A stretch of 64,000 nucleotides of DNA. It comes from a virus. Below, piece by piece: positions 17,658-24,982 of this stretch. The position numbers and the translations under genes were made by a program. The DNA lies in the IMG/VR virus record IMGVR_UViG_3300025096_000004, positions 1-64,000 of that record. One strand, written 5' to 3'. Numbering within the stretch: position 1 is the stretch's first letter; each line of letters begins with the position of its first letter. The notes below the pieces were generated by a model. That model saw nothing but the letters and a program-made list of their open reading frames with translations. It was not told the DNA's origin and made no database searches.

Positions 17658-17823
17658 CTTGGTTAAAATCGAAACTTATCGCAACAGTGGCGACATTGAA
17701 GCAATTGGAATACTTTTGAAATACGATCTCGTCCGAGCGCGAGCCACTGTTCATGTTACTGATGGAACCCAGCAAAATGTTCCAGTCGGTCTGATTTCGA
17801 GGTATCGTAATGAAAGTCGGTGA
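17644..17823 (+). CDS. MKVGDL-family mini-protein, 59 aa
   Basis: Hand-translated MKVGDLVKIE...RNESR. Confidence 0.75.
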   Translation: MKVGDLVKIETYRNSGDIEAIGILLKYDLVRARATVHVTDGTQQNVPVGLISRYRNESR

Positions 17824-17989
17824 TTTGGTATCAGCCCCGAAGAGTCAATTTGATGACTTTGACATGAAGCAGTTCTTTGGTTTGGTTGTCTGGACGGATG
17901 GCTACAAGGTCACTCTTCTTGTCGATGGGCTGGAAGAAACATGGACAACCTTTGACCTCAAAGCGATAGGCGCAAAGGTCATAAGTTAA
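17810..17989 (+). CDS. MKVGDL-family mini-protein, 59 aa (array-terminal)
   Basis: Hand-translated MKVGDLVSAP...AKVIS. Confidence 0.75.
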   Translation: MKVGDLVSAPKSQFDDFDMKQFFGLVVWTDGYKVTLLVDGLEETWTTFDLKAIGAKVIS

Positions 17990-17992
17990 ACC

Positions 17993-18035
17993 GGACAATT
18001 TCTGTCCTCGACAATCTGGCTGAACAGGTTATATT
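17993..18035 (+). promoter_or_regulatory. Boxed promoter 12
   Basis: GGACA-atttc-TGTCC, TCGACA-16-TATATT. Confidence 0.85.
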
Positions 18036-18059
18036 ATATACATCACAAGGAAAGCTAAC

Positions 18060-18242
18060 ATGAAAAAGCAATCATCTAAAGCCCAAATACTCAAGCAACT
18101 GGCCGCAGCCAGAGGCATCGAGCGCAAGCGACACTTTGAAGCTGGCGGGTCTTTGGTCGATTGGCGTGGAGGCACTCGAACAGTGACAAAAAACAAAAAG
18201 AAGTCAGCTTCAAAACTGGCTTGCCGAGGGCGATTCCGCTAA
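18060..18242 (+). CDS. Small basic hypothetical protein
   Basis: K/R-rich 60-aa ORF between two boxed promoters. Confidence 0.6.
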   Translation: MKKQSSKAQILKQLAAARGIERKRHFEAGGSLVDWRGGTRTVTKNKKKSASKLACRGRFR

Positions 18243-18245
18243 ACC

Positions 18246-18288
18246 GGACAGAAATTGTCCTCGACAACTCGCCAAAACTAATTATATT
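18246..18288 (+). promoter_or_regulatory. Boxed promoter 13
   Basis: GGACA-gaaat-TGTCC, TCGACA-16-TATATT. Confidence 0.85.
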
Positions 18289-18337
18289 ATATACATCAAA
18301 CAAAAACTTTCTTTAACCCCCCAATCTGGAGTCCATC

Positions 18338-19396
18338 ATGGCAGTAGATTTTAAAACATTCCTCTCAGTCGTTCCTCACATCGTCGCAGCACGATTCCCA
18401 ATCCTTACCCGAGGCCGCCACGGTATCGGGAAATCCACTGTGGTTTATCAGCTTGCAGACAGCATGGGTCTTCCAGTTGTCGAGCGTCGAGCTTCACAGA
18501 TGACCGAAGGTGACCTCTTGGGTCTGCCGAAGGTCGAAGGTAATATCACAAAGTGGCTTGCTCCAGAGTGGCTCCATGAAGCTTGTAATAAGCCTGTAGT
18601 CCTCTTCCTCGATGAAGTTGACCGAGCGACGATGGAAGTCCGACAGGGCATCTTTGAGCTTTGCGATTCTCGTAAAATCGCTGGCTATGAGCTTCATCCA
18701 GATACCATCATCTTTGCTGCCGTCAACGGTGGACAGCATGGAGCGCAGTACCAAGTCGGTGAAATGGATCCAGCGGAGCTTGACCGTTACACTGTCTTTG
18801 ACCTTGAGCCTTCAATTGAAGATTGGCTGATTTGGGCTAAAGACAACGTAGTTCAAGAGATTTGGGACTTCATCAACCATAATCATGGTCACTTGGAGCA
18901 CAACGATGACTATGAACCTAACAAGGTTTATCCTTCTCGTCGCTCTTGGGAACGTCTTTCTAAGACCTTGACCTCGATGGGGAAGGACATCGAATCCTCT
19001 CCGGTTCTCTATCAGCTTGCCTGTGCTTTCATCGGCTTTGAAGGTGCTGTAGCTTTCAATGACTTCATGAAGAACTATGAACGTCAAGTCACTATCGAGA
19101 ACATCCTTGATGAAGGTAAGCTTGAATTGACCAAAGATTGGAAAATCAATGACCATAACTCTCTTATCGAGAAGTTCAAGGCCAAAGAGGTTTTCAATGA
19201 GAAGCTCGATGACAATCGTTTGCAGAACCTTGCAAACTACTTTGTCACCCTTCCTTCTGAGATTGCCATGACCCTTTGGCAAGTAATGGGAACCACCGAG
19301 TTCGCCACCTACAACGTGGCAAAGCTCCACAACCTCACTGCTTCTTGTGGAACCGTTGTTCAAGACTTCATCGTCGAAATCTTGACCGCAAAATAA
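18338..19396 (+). CDS. MoxR-like AAA+ ATPase
   Basis: Walker A GRHGIGKS, Walker B LFLDEVDRA, sensor AAVN, DPAELDR, PSRRSW. Confidence 0.85.
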   Translation: MAVDFKTFLSVVPHIVAARFPILTRGRHGIGKSTVVYQLADSMGLPVVERRASQMTEGDLLGLPKVEGNITKWLAPEWLHEACNKPVVLFLDEVDRATMEVRQGIFELCDSRKIAGYELHPDTIIFAAVNGGQHGAQYQVGEMDPAELDRYTVFDLEPSIEDWLIWAKDNVVQEIWDFINHNHGHLEHNDDYEPNKVYPSRRSWERLSKTLTSMGKDIESSPVLYQLACAFIGFEGAVAFNDFMKNYERQVTIENILDEGKLELTKDWKINDHNSLIEKFKAKEVFNEKLDDNRLQNLANYFVTLPSEIAMTLWQVMGTTEFATYNVAKLHNLTASCGTVVQDFIVEILTAK

Positions 19397-19401
19397 GAAA
19401 C

Positions 19402-19444
19402 GGACAAAAACTGTCCTCGACAATAGTCGAGGACATGTTATATT
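19402..19444 (+). promoter_or_regulatory. Boxed promoter 14
   Basis: GGACA-aaaac-TGTCC, TCGACA-16-TATATT. Confidence 0.85.
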
Positions 19445-19474
19445 ATATATGAACCCAATCAATGGAGGTCTTTC

Positions 19475-20650
19475 ATGGCTTTTGATTTAGATAAACACAC
19501 TTGGCGACTCCTTCAGAATGAGCCTTTCTTTGCCGCTCTCTCTCGTCGCATCCACAAGACACCGACAACAGCTATTCCAACCGCTGGTGTTAAGTTAAAC
19601 CCTGAGACTGCACAGTTTGAAATGATTTACAATCCTGAGTTCTTTGAGAAGCTGGAAGATAATCATAAGCTTGGAGTCTTGATGCACGAATACTATCACA
19701 TCATCTTTGAGCATGTCACTGGTCGCTTGCCACCGGAAGGCATGAACATGATGTGGAATATTGCGACTGACCTTGCAATCAATTCACACCTCAAAGGCAT
19801 GTTACCCGAAGGGTGCTGTATGCCCGAACAAGACCGTTTTGAAGAGTATCCTTCTGGCAAGTCTGCTGAGTGGTACTATTCAAAGCTACTCAAAGAGCAA
19901 GATGAAGAAGACCAAGACGGCAAAGGCGAAGGTGAAGGGTCAGGCAAAGGCGACCTTTCAGACCAGCAATTCGACAGTCATGAAGGATGGGGCGAAGCTG
20001 ATGAAGATACAAAGCAGATGGCTAAAGAGCGATTGCGTCAAGCAGTCGAAGACTCAGCCAAAGAAGCGCAGAATAAAGGCTCTTGGGGTACAATGTCATC
20101 CGGTATGCGAAAGAAGATTATGGATATGATTACTCCGAAGGTCGATTGGCGCAAGGTTCTTCGATATTTCATCAAAACCTCGCAACGTGCCAACAAGCGC
20201 AGCACAGTTCGACGCATCAACAAGCGTTTTCCTTACATCCACGCTGGAAAGAAGGTACAACGTCAGGCGAAGATAGCTATCTCCATCGACCAGTCAGGCT
20301 CAGTCTCTGACAAGATGCTTGCTGCGTTCTTTGCCGAGCTTAACACTTTGGCGAAGCTTGCCGAGTTCACTGTCATTCCCTTCGATACCGAAGTAGCCGA
20401 AGATAAGGTCTATGTCTGGAAAAAGAACCAGAACAAGCCTTGGGAACGTGTCCTTTGCGGTGGAACCTGTTTCGATGCTCCGACAAAGTATGTCAACAAG
20501 GGAAGCTTTGATGGTCATATCGTCTTAACCGACATGTGCGCTCCAAAGCCTGTTTCTTCCAAGTGCCAGCGCATGTGGATGACAGACAACGAAAACGCTC
20601 GAAATCCGTACTTTACAACCAATGAACGGGTTATAGCCATAGAAGCCTAA
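19475..20650 (+). CDS. Putative metallopeptidase plus vWA-like domain protein (DUF2201-type)
   Basis: HEYYH, WNIATDLAIN, VDWR.VLR, IDQSGS MIDAS, GGGT-like CGGTCF. Confidence 0.85.
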   Translation: MAFDLDKHTWRLLQNEPFFAALSRRIHKTPTTAIPTAGVKLNPETAQFEMIYNPEFFEKLEDNHKLGVLMHEYYHIIFEHVTGRLPPEGMNMMWNIATDLAINSHLKGMLPEGCCMPEQDRFEEYPSGKSAEWYYSKLLKEQDEEDQDGKGEGEGSGKGDLSDQQFDSHEGWGEADEDTKQMAKERLRQAVEDSAKEAQNKGSWGTMSSGMRKKIMDMITPKVDWRKVLRYFIKTSQRANKRSTVRRINKRFPYIHAGKKVQRQAKIAISIDQSGSVSDKMLAAFFAELNTLAKLAEFTVIPFDTEVAEDKVYVWKKNQNKPWERVLCGGTCFDAPTKYVNKGSFDGHIVLTDMCAPKPVSSKCQRMWMTDNENARNPYFTTNERVIAIEA

Positions 20651-20764
20651 ACAATGGCCTATTCAGGCATCTAAGGCGGCTCTGACAGGCTCAGAGGGGT
20701 AGGATGGTGGGAGTTCTTAGATGCCTCACAAACCAATCAATTACAACCAAACAATGGAGACTCT

Positions 20765-21058
20765 ATGTCAAAAAAAATGAAAAACCAACAAGTAATCAAG
20801 GCTTTCTTCAATGGCCGAAAAGCTTGTTCTCACACTTGGAACCTTTCCACAGATGGAGCCAAGCTTTATTCCTATAACCTTGAGATAGCAAGGCGAGACA
20901 CCGAAGGGGGTTATGTAGTCTTTGACTATACAGCACCTGCCGACGGATTTGCTTCACAGACAACCTCTCAGCACGTTGGCATGACCAAGAGAGCAGCACC
21001 ATCCAGACTCACAACCATCATGAGGCCAGATGCCGCAAAGGTCGCAGGTTTAATATAA
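20765..21058 (+). CDS. Hypothetical protein
   Basis: GGAG SD; 97 aa. Confidence 0.65.
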   Translation: MSKKMKNQQVIKAFFNGRKACSHTWNLSTDGAKLYSYNLEIARRDTEGGYVVFDYTAPADGFASQTTSQHVGMTKRAAPSRLTTIMRPDAAKVAGLI

Positions 21059-21060
21059 AC

Positions 21061-21103
21061 GGACATTTTCTGTCCTCGACAATAGTCGAGGATAGGTTAT
21101 ATT
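21061..21103 (+). promoter_or_regulatory. Boxed promoter 15
   Basis: GGACA-ttttc-TGTCC, TCGACA-16-TATATT. Confidence 0.85.
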
Positions 21104-21174
21104 ATATATGTTAAACCCTTTCAGCGGATTCAATTTATGATTCTTTCACTTCTCACATATCTGGAGACACTATT

Positions 21175-21405
21175 ATGCAAAATCTTATTCTTACTCGCCT
21201 CGTTGACGGCTCCAAAGCCGTTATCACCCATTGGGATCACTTTTATGTTAATCGCTCTACTGGTTCCACAATCGACAGGGCTTTTACAATCAAATACCTC
21301 GATGGAGACTATGAAGGTCAAAGCCACTGTTGGTCAATCCACAGTCTTCACACGCTATTCCACATCGTCGGAAAGAACGAGGTCAGCAATGACAAAATCT
21401 CCTAA
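21175..21405 (+). CDS. Hypothetical protein
   Basis: GGAG SD upstream of ATG 21175. Confidence 0.6.
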   Translation: MQNLILTRLVDGSKAVITHWDHFYVNRSTGSTIDRAFTIKYLDGDYEGQSHCWSIHSLHTLFHIVGKNEVSNDKIS

Positions 21406-21733
21406 GTGTGCATATAAACAAGGCGACCTTGTGAACAAGGCAGGGCAAATGGGCATCGTCACCAACACCGACGATACTTTTTACACCTTTCAGTTGCTTG
21501 GCAGTCAACCCATTACTCATACCACGATGAACATCACAGTTAGACACTATCTCAAACTGGTCAAGGCTCAAGAACAGATTACAACTGGCAGGGGCGTTTC
21601 AAGTGACTTCGTTGTAAGGAACCTAACCTTAGAAGAAGAGCTTCTTGAAGGCGACCCACAACCGCTAATCACAGGCAAAGTCAACCGACATGCCGAGAAC
21701 ACTTTAAATAAGTTAAGTCAAGGAGAAGTATAA
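21389..21733 (+). CDS. Hypothetical SH3-like protein (YKQGDLV..MGIV)
   Basis: GAGG SD before ATG 21389; the ORF-track N-terminal extension overlaps another gene. Confidence 0.6.
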   Translation: MTKSPKCAYKQGDLVNKAGQMGIVTNTDDTFYTFQLLGSQPITHTTMNITVRHYLKLVKAQEQITTGRGVSSDFVVRNLTLEEELLEGDPQPLITGKVNRHAENTLNKLSQGEV

Positions 21734-21954
21734 TGAACAGGTTCAATAGAAGCAGAAGAAAGCAAGTCGAAACCTATGAAGTGGGAGCTTTAGTAGAGTA
21801 TCGTTGTGACCCATCTGGAATGGAACCCTTTGACCTGCTGGCTATAGTCTTAGAGTATATGCCCAAAGAGGGCTATTACCTTATTAGGTTCATGGATGAT
21901 GGCTCTACTCTACATTGTGTCCATTCAGAGATATGCCGACCGGAGGCAGTATGA
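21733..21954 (+). CDS. Hypothetical SH3-like protein (YEVGALVEY)
   Basis: AGGAG SD; ATGA junction to the next cassette. Confidence 0.6.
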   Translation: MNRFNRSRRKQVETYEVGALVEYRCDPSGMEPFDLLAIVLEYMPKEGYYLIRFMDDGSTLHCVHSEICRPEAV

Positions 21955-22151
21955 AGATAGGAAGCTTGGTAAGGTTCAACCCACCGCTTGGAGCATCCGA
22001 ATTGGGTGAACTGTTCATGGTTATTGGGAAGCGTCCAGCAATTTCGCTGAAGAGCGGAGGCGCATGTCCGGAAGCTGTGAAGTGTGTATCGGTTAAGACC
22101 GGAAAGAAAACCCCGTTCGTTCGCACCACTCGCCTCAGTGTGTACGCATGA
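21951..22151 (+). CDS. MKVGDL-family mini-protein
   Basis: MKIGSLVRF...; shares AVKC(I/V)S.KT with 10592-10759. Confidence 0.75.
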   Translation: MKIGSLVRFNPPLGASELGELFMVIGKRPAISLKSGGACPEAVKCVSVKTGKKTPFVRTTRLSVYA

Positions 22152-22315
22152 AGGTGGGTGATTTGGTTAGGCCGTGGAAAGCACAACGAGCAATCGGTCT
22201 TGTGGTCGAGGTCATAAATAAAAAAGAAGTAAAGGTTCAATGGATAGGAAAGAAGAATCAATTGATGTATGCCTATCAGAAACATAAGTTAGAGGTGATT
22301 AATGAAAGTAGGTGA
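22148..22315 (+). CDS. MKVGDL-family mini-protein, 55 aa
   Basis: Hand-translated MKVGDLVRPW...LEVINESR. Confidence 0.8.
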   Translation: MKVGDLVRPWKAQRAIGLVVEVINKKEVKVQWIGKKNQLMYAYQKHKLEVINESR

Positions 22316-22490
22316 CTTGGTAAGGTATGTAAGGGGAGAAGCAGCCAAAGGTTTCGATATGAATGTGATTGGTCTGGTTATCAATGTAGGGAATGACCCA
22401 CTAAGAAACAATAGACCATCTGCTCGTATCCACTGGTTGAATGACTCATGGTCTGTGGAAGCACAGAAGATATTGGAGGTGCTTGCATGA
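22302..22490 (+). CDS. MKVGDL-family mini-protein
   Basis: MKVGDLVRY...LEVLA. Confidence 0.8.
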   Translation: MKVGDLVRYVRGEAAKGFDMNVIGLVINVGNDPLRNNRPSARIHWLNDSWSVEAQKILEVLA

Positions 22491-22660
22491 AAGTAGGTGA
22501 CCTTCTTCGGAGCAAAGACACTGGTCTTATTTGCATAATAAAGAGGATAGAAAAGCCCAAGGAAAGAGGCGGTGTAACTTTATTCTTTTTAGACTGTCAG
22601 TCAATTGTCTGTGGCTATTGGAGTAGGGAAGTGATAACTGATTTTTATCATTTGACCTGA
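22487..22660 (+). CDS. MKVGDL-family mini-protein
   Basis: MKVGDLLRS... Confidence 0.7.
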   Translation: MKVGDLLRSKDTGLICIIKRIEKPKERGGVTLFFLDCQSIVCGYWSREVITDFYHLT

Positions 22661-23357
22661 TACTACCCTACCCCCGTGGGCTGCGCTTTCAGTTATATTT
22701 TTTTGCCTACTACCCCGATACCCCCCTACCCCCGACTGAATCTGCTGACATGTCAATGGGTATTCATGCGGATTGTAGGAGCAAGCCCCCGAAGGGGCTG
22801 CAAGGTTTTTGGAGAAAAGGAGAGAGATGGCTAAGATTTGTGGGATTCAAAGGGTTTATGTTGAATATCGTTGACTTAAATCGACCAAGTGCAAATCTTA
22901 TGCCAATCTCTCAAAAGCGCAGGGCTTCCCTTGTAAATAGCCCATTTGTTATTAAACTCCCACAAATCTCACAAAATATGCCACGGTTTTCAACACTGAG
23001 AAGATACCTCTCATACGCACGAATATCCGCACGATGCACACAGGCTCACACATATACCACACGCATCACACACATAACCCACACGAAACACGCATGTATT
23101 CACTCACGCATAATGCACGTTGCACCTCGCATATCACGCACATACACGTTACGCATAACAAACCTTGTGACACAAAGTTATGCCACTTGGCTCAAAGCTC
23201 TTGACACAGGTGTTACGGCCTCTAAGGGAAAGCTTCATTAACCCCTTGATTTTCCTACGCTTTTTGAATCATCAAAAGTCTTGACGGAACCCAGTGTTAT
23301 GCAGCGAATAAGTTAAACCTTCAGGTAATTTCGAGGGTTTCTCTTGACGCGTCAAAA

Positions 23358-23465
23358 ACTTGACATAACTATGGAACGGTAAAATACTTGACATAACTAT
23401 GGAAAATTATGGAAACCCAAATACTTGACATAACTATAGGATGGGAAAATACTTGACATAACTAT
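23358..23465. repeat. Four direct copies of ACTTGACATAACTAT (iteron-like)
   Basis: Copies at 23358, 23386, 23423 and 23451; start-to-start spacing 28, 37 and 28 bp. Confidence 0.9.
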
Positions 23466-23530
23466 AGGATGAAGCTGGCTTCACCGCTCAGAGTGCTTCC
23501 AGCGGAGGGCATAAGAAAAAACTTCAAAAC

Positions 23531-23574
23531 GGACATATTTTGACCGTGACATTTTGCTCTTGCCGTGATACATT
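23531..23574 (+). promoter_or_regulatory. Boxed promoter 16 (variant)
   Basis: GGACA-tattt-TGACC, GTGACA-17-TACATT. Confidence 0.7.
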
Positions 23575-23624
23575 ATAGTATGAAAAGAAAAAACTTTTCA
23601 TGTTTTGAAAATAATGGAGAACAT

Positions 23625-24119
23625 ATGTCAATCAAAACTTTGGATACTCAACAATTAATCAATCTCTGCGGACTTGACCTTTCAGGTAAAGGTGGAAAGG
23701 AAAACGAGATTGCGAAGGCTCTTGGACATGAACGTAATCATCAACCTCTTGTGGACGCTAAGTGTCCTAAATCTGGTGTACTCTATGAGTACAAAAAGCA
23801 ATCTGGCACTCAATGGTTTGACCTGCATAAGCTGGCCAACCTCACCAAAGAACAGGCTCAGGTCGCTGTCCTCTTCGTGGTTCACAAAGGTGGCAAGTTC
23901 ATCGGCCTGTATCAGACAACCTATCAAGGAGTCAAGAACTCCATCGGTCTTAAACCAGCGGATTGGGCATGGGCTAAGAAAGCTCCAGCCGGAGCACAGG
24001 TTAAGTATGCTCTCAAATTGGCTCAAATCAAGAAGTTCACTTGTTTGACCTACAGTTCGGAACGGTTCATTGATGACCAGACAGGCCGAGTATCTTGGGA
24101 GAACTCAGCTAAAAAATAA
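23625..24119 (+). CDS. Hypothetical protein, possible PD-(D/E)XK nuclease
   Basis: GGAG SD; E..IA, LVDAK...YEYKKQ pattern. Confidence 0.5.
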   Translation: MSIKTLDTQQLINLCGLDLSGKGGKENEIAKALGHERNHQPLVDAKCPKSGVLYEYKKQSGTQWFDLHKLANLTKEQAQVAVLFVVHKGGKFIGLYQTTYQGVKNSIGLKPADWAWAKKAPAGAQVKYALKLAQIKKFTCLTYSSERFIDDQTGRVSWENSAKK

Positions 24120-24128
24120 TTTCATTTC

Positions 24129-24182
24129 GGACATATTCTGTCCGCTTGTCACTTGACAAACCCCTCAAAAATATGGTATAAT
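24129..24182 (+). promoter_or_regulatory. Boxed promoter 17 (box 9 bp upstream of -35)
   Basis: GGACA-tattc-TGTCC-9-TTGACA-18-TATAAT. Confidence 0.8.
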
Positions 24183-24569
24183 ATAGTATACCCTGAAGAC
24201 ATGGAGTTAAAATGTCAAATCAACCAGAAACCCCCTTCCAATCTTTTATCGCAGCTTGCGGCTTTGTCCTCTTTGTCGCTGCTCTGCTTGTTGTCACGAT
24301 ATGAGGAATCGGCTCAAGCAATTAGCCTTCGGCTTTTCGATGGCTTCACTCATTTACACTTATCTTATTATCAATTCATTCCGTCGAGGTAAACATGGAA
24401 AATACAACTCTAACAAAAGCACAGCGCATGGTCGAAAACATGATGATTTCATGGGCTATTCAAGATGCCATCAACCAGAAGGCAATTCACCCAACTCCGG
24501 AGCAACAGAAGGCAATCGAATTAATGATTGCAACACTCGCGGAACACTTCCAACCTGCGGAGGCATAAG

Positions 24570-24833
24570 ATGAGCTTGTATCAACTTACAAAAGAAGCCC
24601 GAGAAGAGGCAACCCGAACAGCTTGCACTCATTTCGTTGTTGTCATTCGGGAGCCTCTCAAAAACGGTGGCTTTGAATACGACTATGACATCTTTCAACA
24701 GGTCGATTATGAAGACCCAGACGTTACAGTCGTTAGGGAATGTCGGCCAGACTTTAAAAAGCATCAAGAAATGCACGGACTCAATGACCATCTTTTTAAA
24801 AAAGGTGTTCGCAACTTTGTTAAAACCCGATAG
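24570..24833 (+). CDS. Hypothetical protein
   Basis: GGAGG SD. Confidence 0.55.
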   Translation: MSLYQLTKEAREEATRTACTHFVVVIREPLKNGGFEYDYDIFQQVDYEDPDVTVVRECRPDFKKHQEMHGLNDHLFKKGVRNFVKTR

Positions 24834-24929
24834 GAGACTCTATGTCACGAAGAACAAAACTTACCCTCGCCTTGACTGCCGACATCATATGTTGGTCAAC
24901 CTTAATTTATTTCCTTTTATTTTAATAAC

Positions 24930-24982
24930 GGACACAATCTGTCCGGTTTGGGTTTGACAAGACCCTCAAAAAATGTTATATT
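24930..24982 (+). promoter_or_regulatory. Boxed promoter 18 (box 9 bp upstream of -35)
   Basis: GGACA-caatc-TGTCC-9-TTGACA-17-TATATT. Confidence 0.8.

Noticed and set aside
18812-19462. Long minus-strand ORFs opposite known genes (also 15627-16082, 48146-48556, 49841-50227 and others)
   Set aside because: Shadow frames of well-supported + strand genes, without SD or motifs.
21137-21388. N-terminal extension of ORF 21137-21733
   Set aside because: It overlaps the SD-supported ORF 21175-21405; the better start is ATG 21389.
9071-22660. Diversity-generating retroelement or classical integron behind the cassette arrays
   Set aside because: No reverse transcriptase or tyrosine recombinase is in the window, no attC-like (RYYYAAC...GTTRRRY) hairpins lie between the overlapping ORFs, and differences between paralogs are not adenine-specific. 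An enzyme encoded outside the window cannot be excluded.
22750-23241. 163-aa ORF from the track
   Set aside because: No SD, and its low-complexity H/T/R composition mirrors the ACAC-rich tract; probably non-coding.
23358-23465. CRISPR array
   Set aside because: Repeats are only 15 bp, the gaps are 13, 22 and 13 bp and partly similar to each other, and there is no cas operon nearby. The RecB/Cas4-like nuclease at 55033 is a common stand-alone phage gene.
6778-24982. CRISPR-like reading of the 18 palindromic boxes
   Set aside because: Copies are hundreds to thousands of bases apart, separated by whole genes, and each is tied to -35/-10 hexamers, so they are regulatory.
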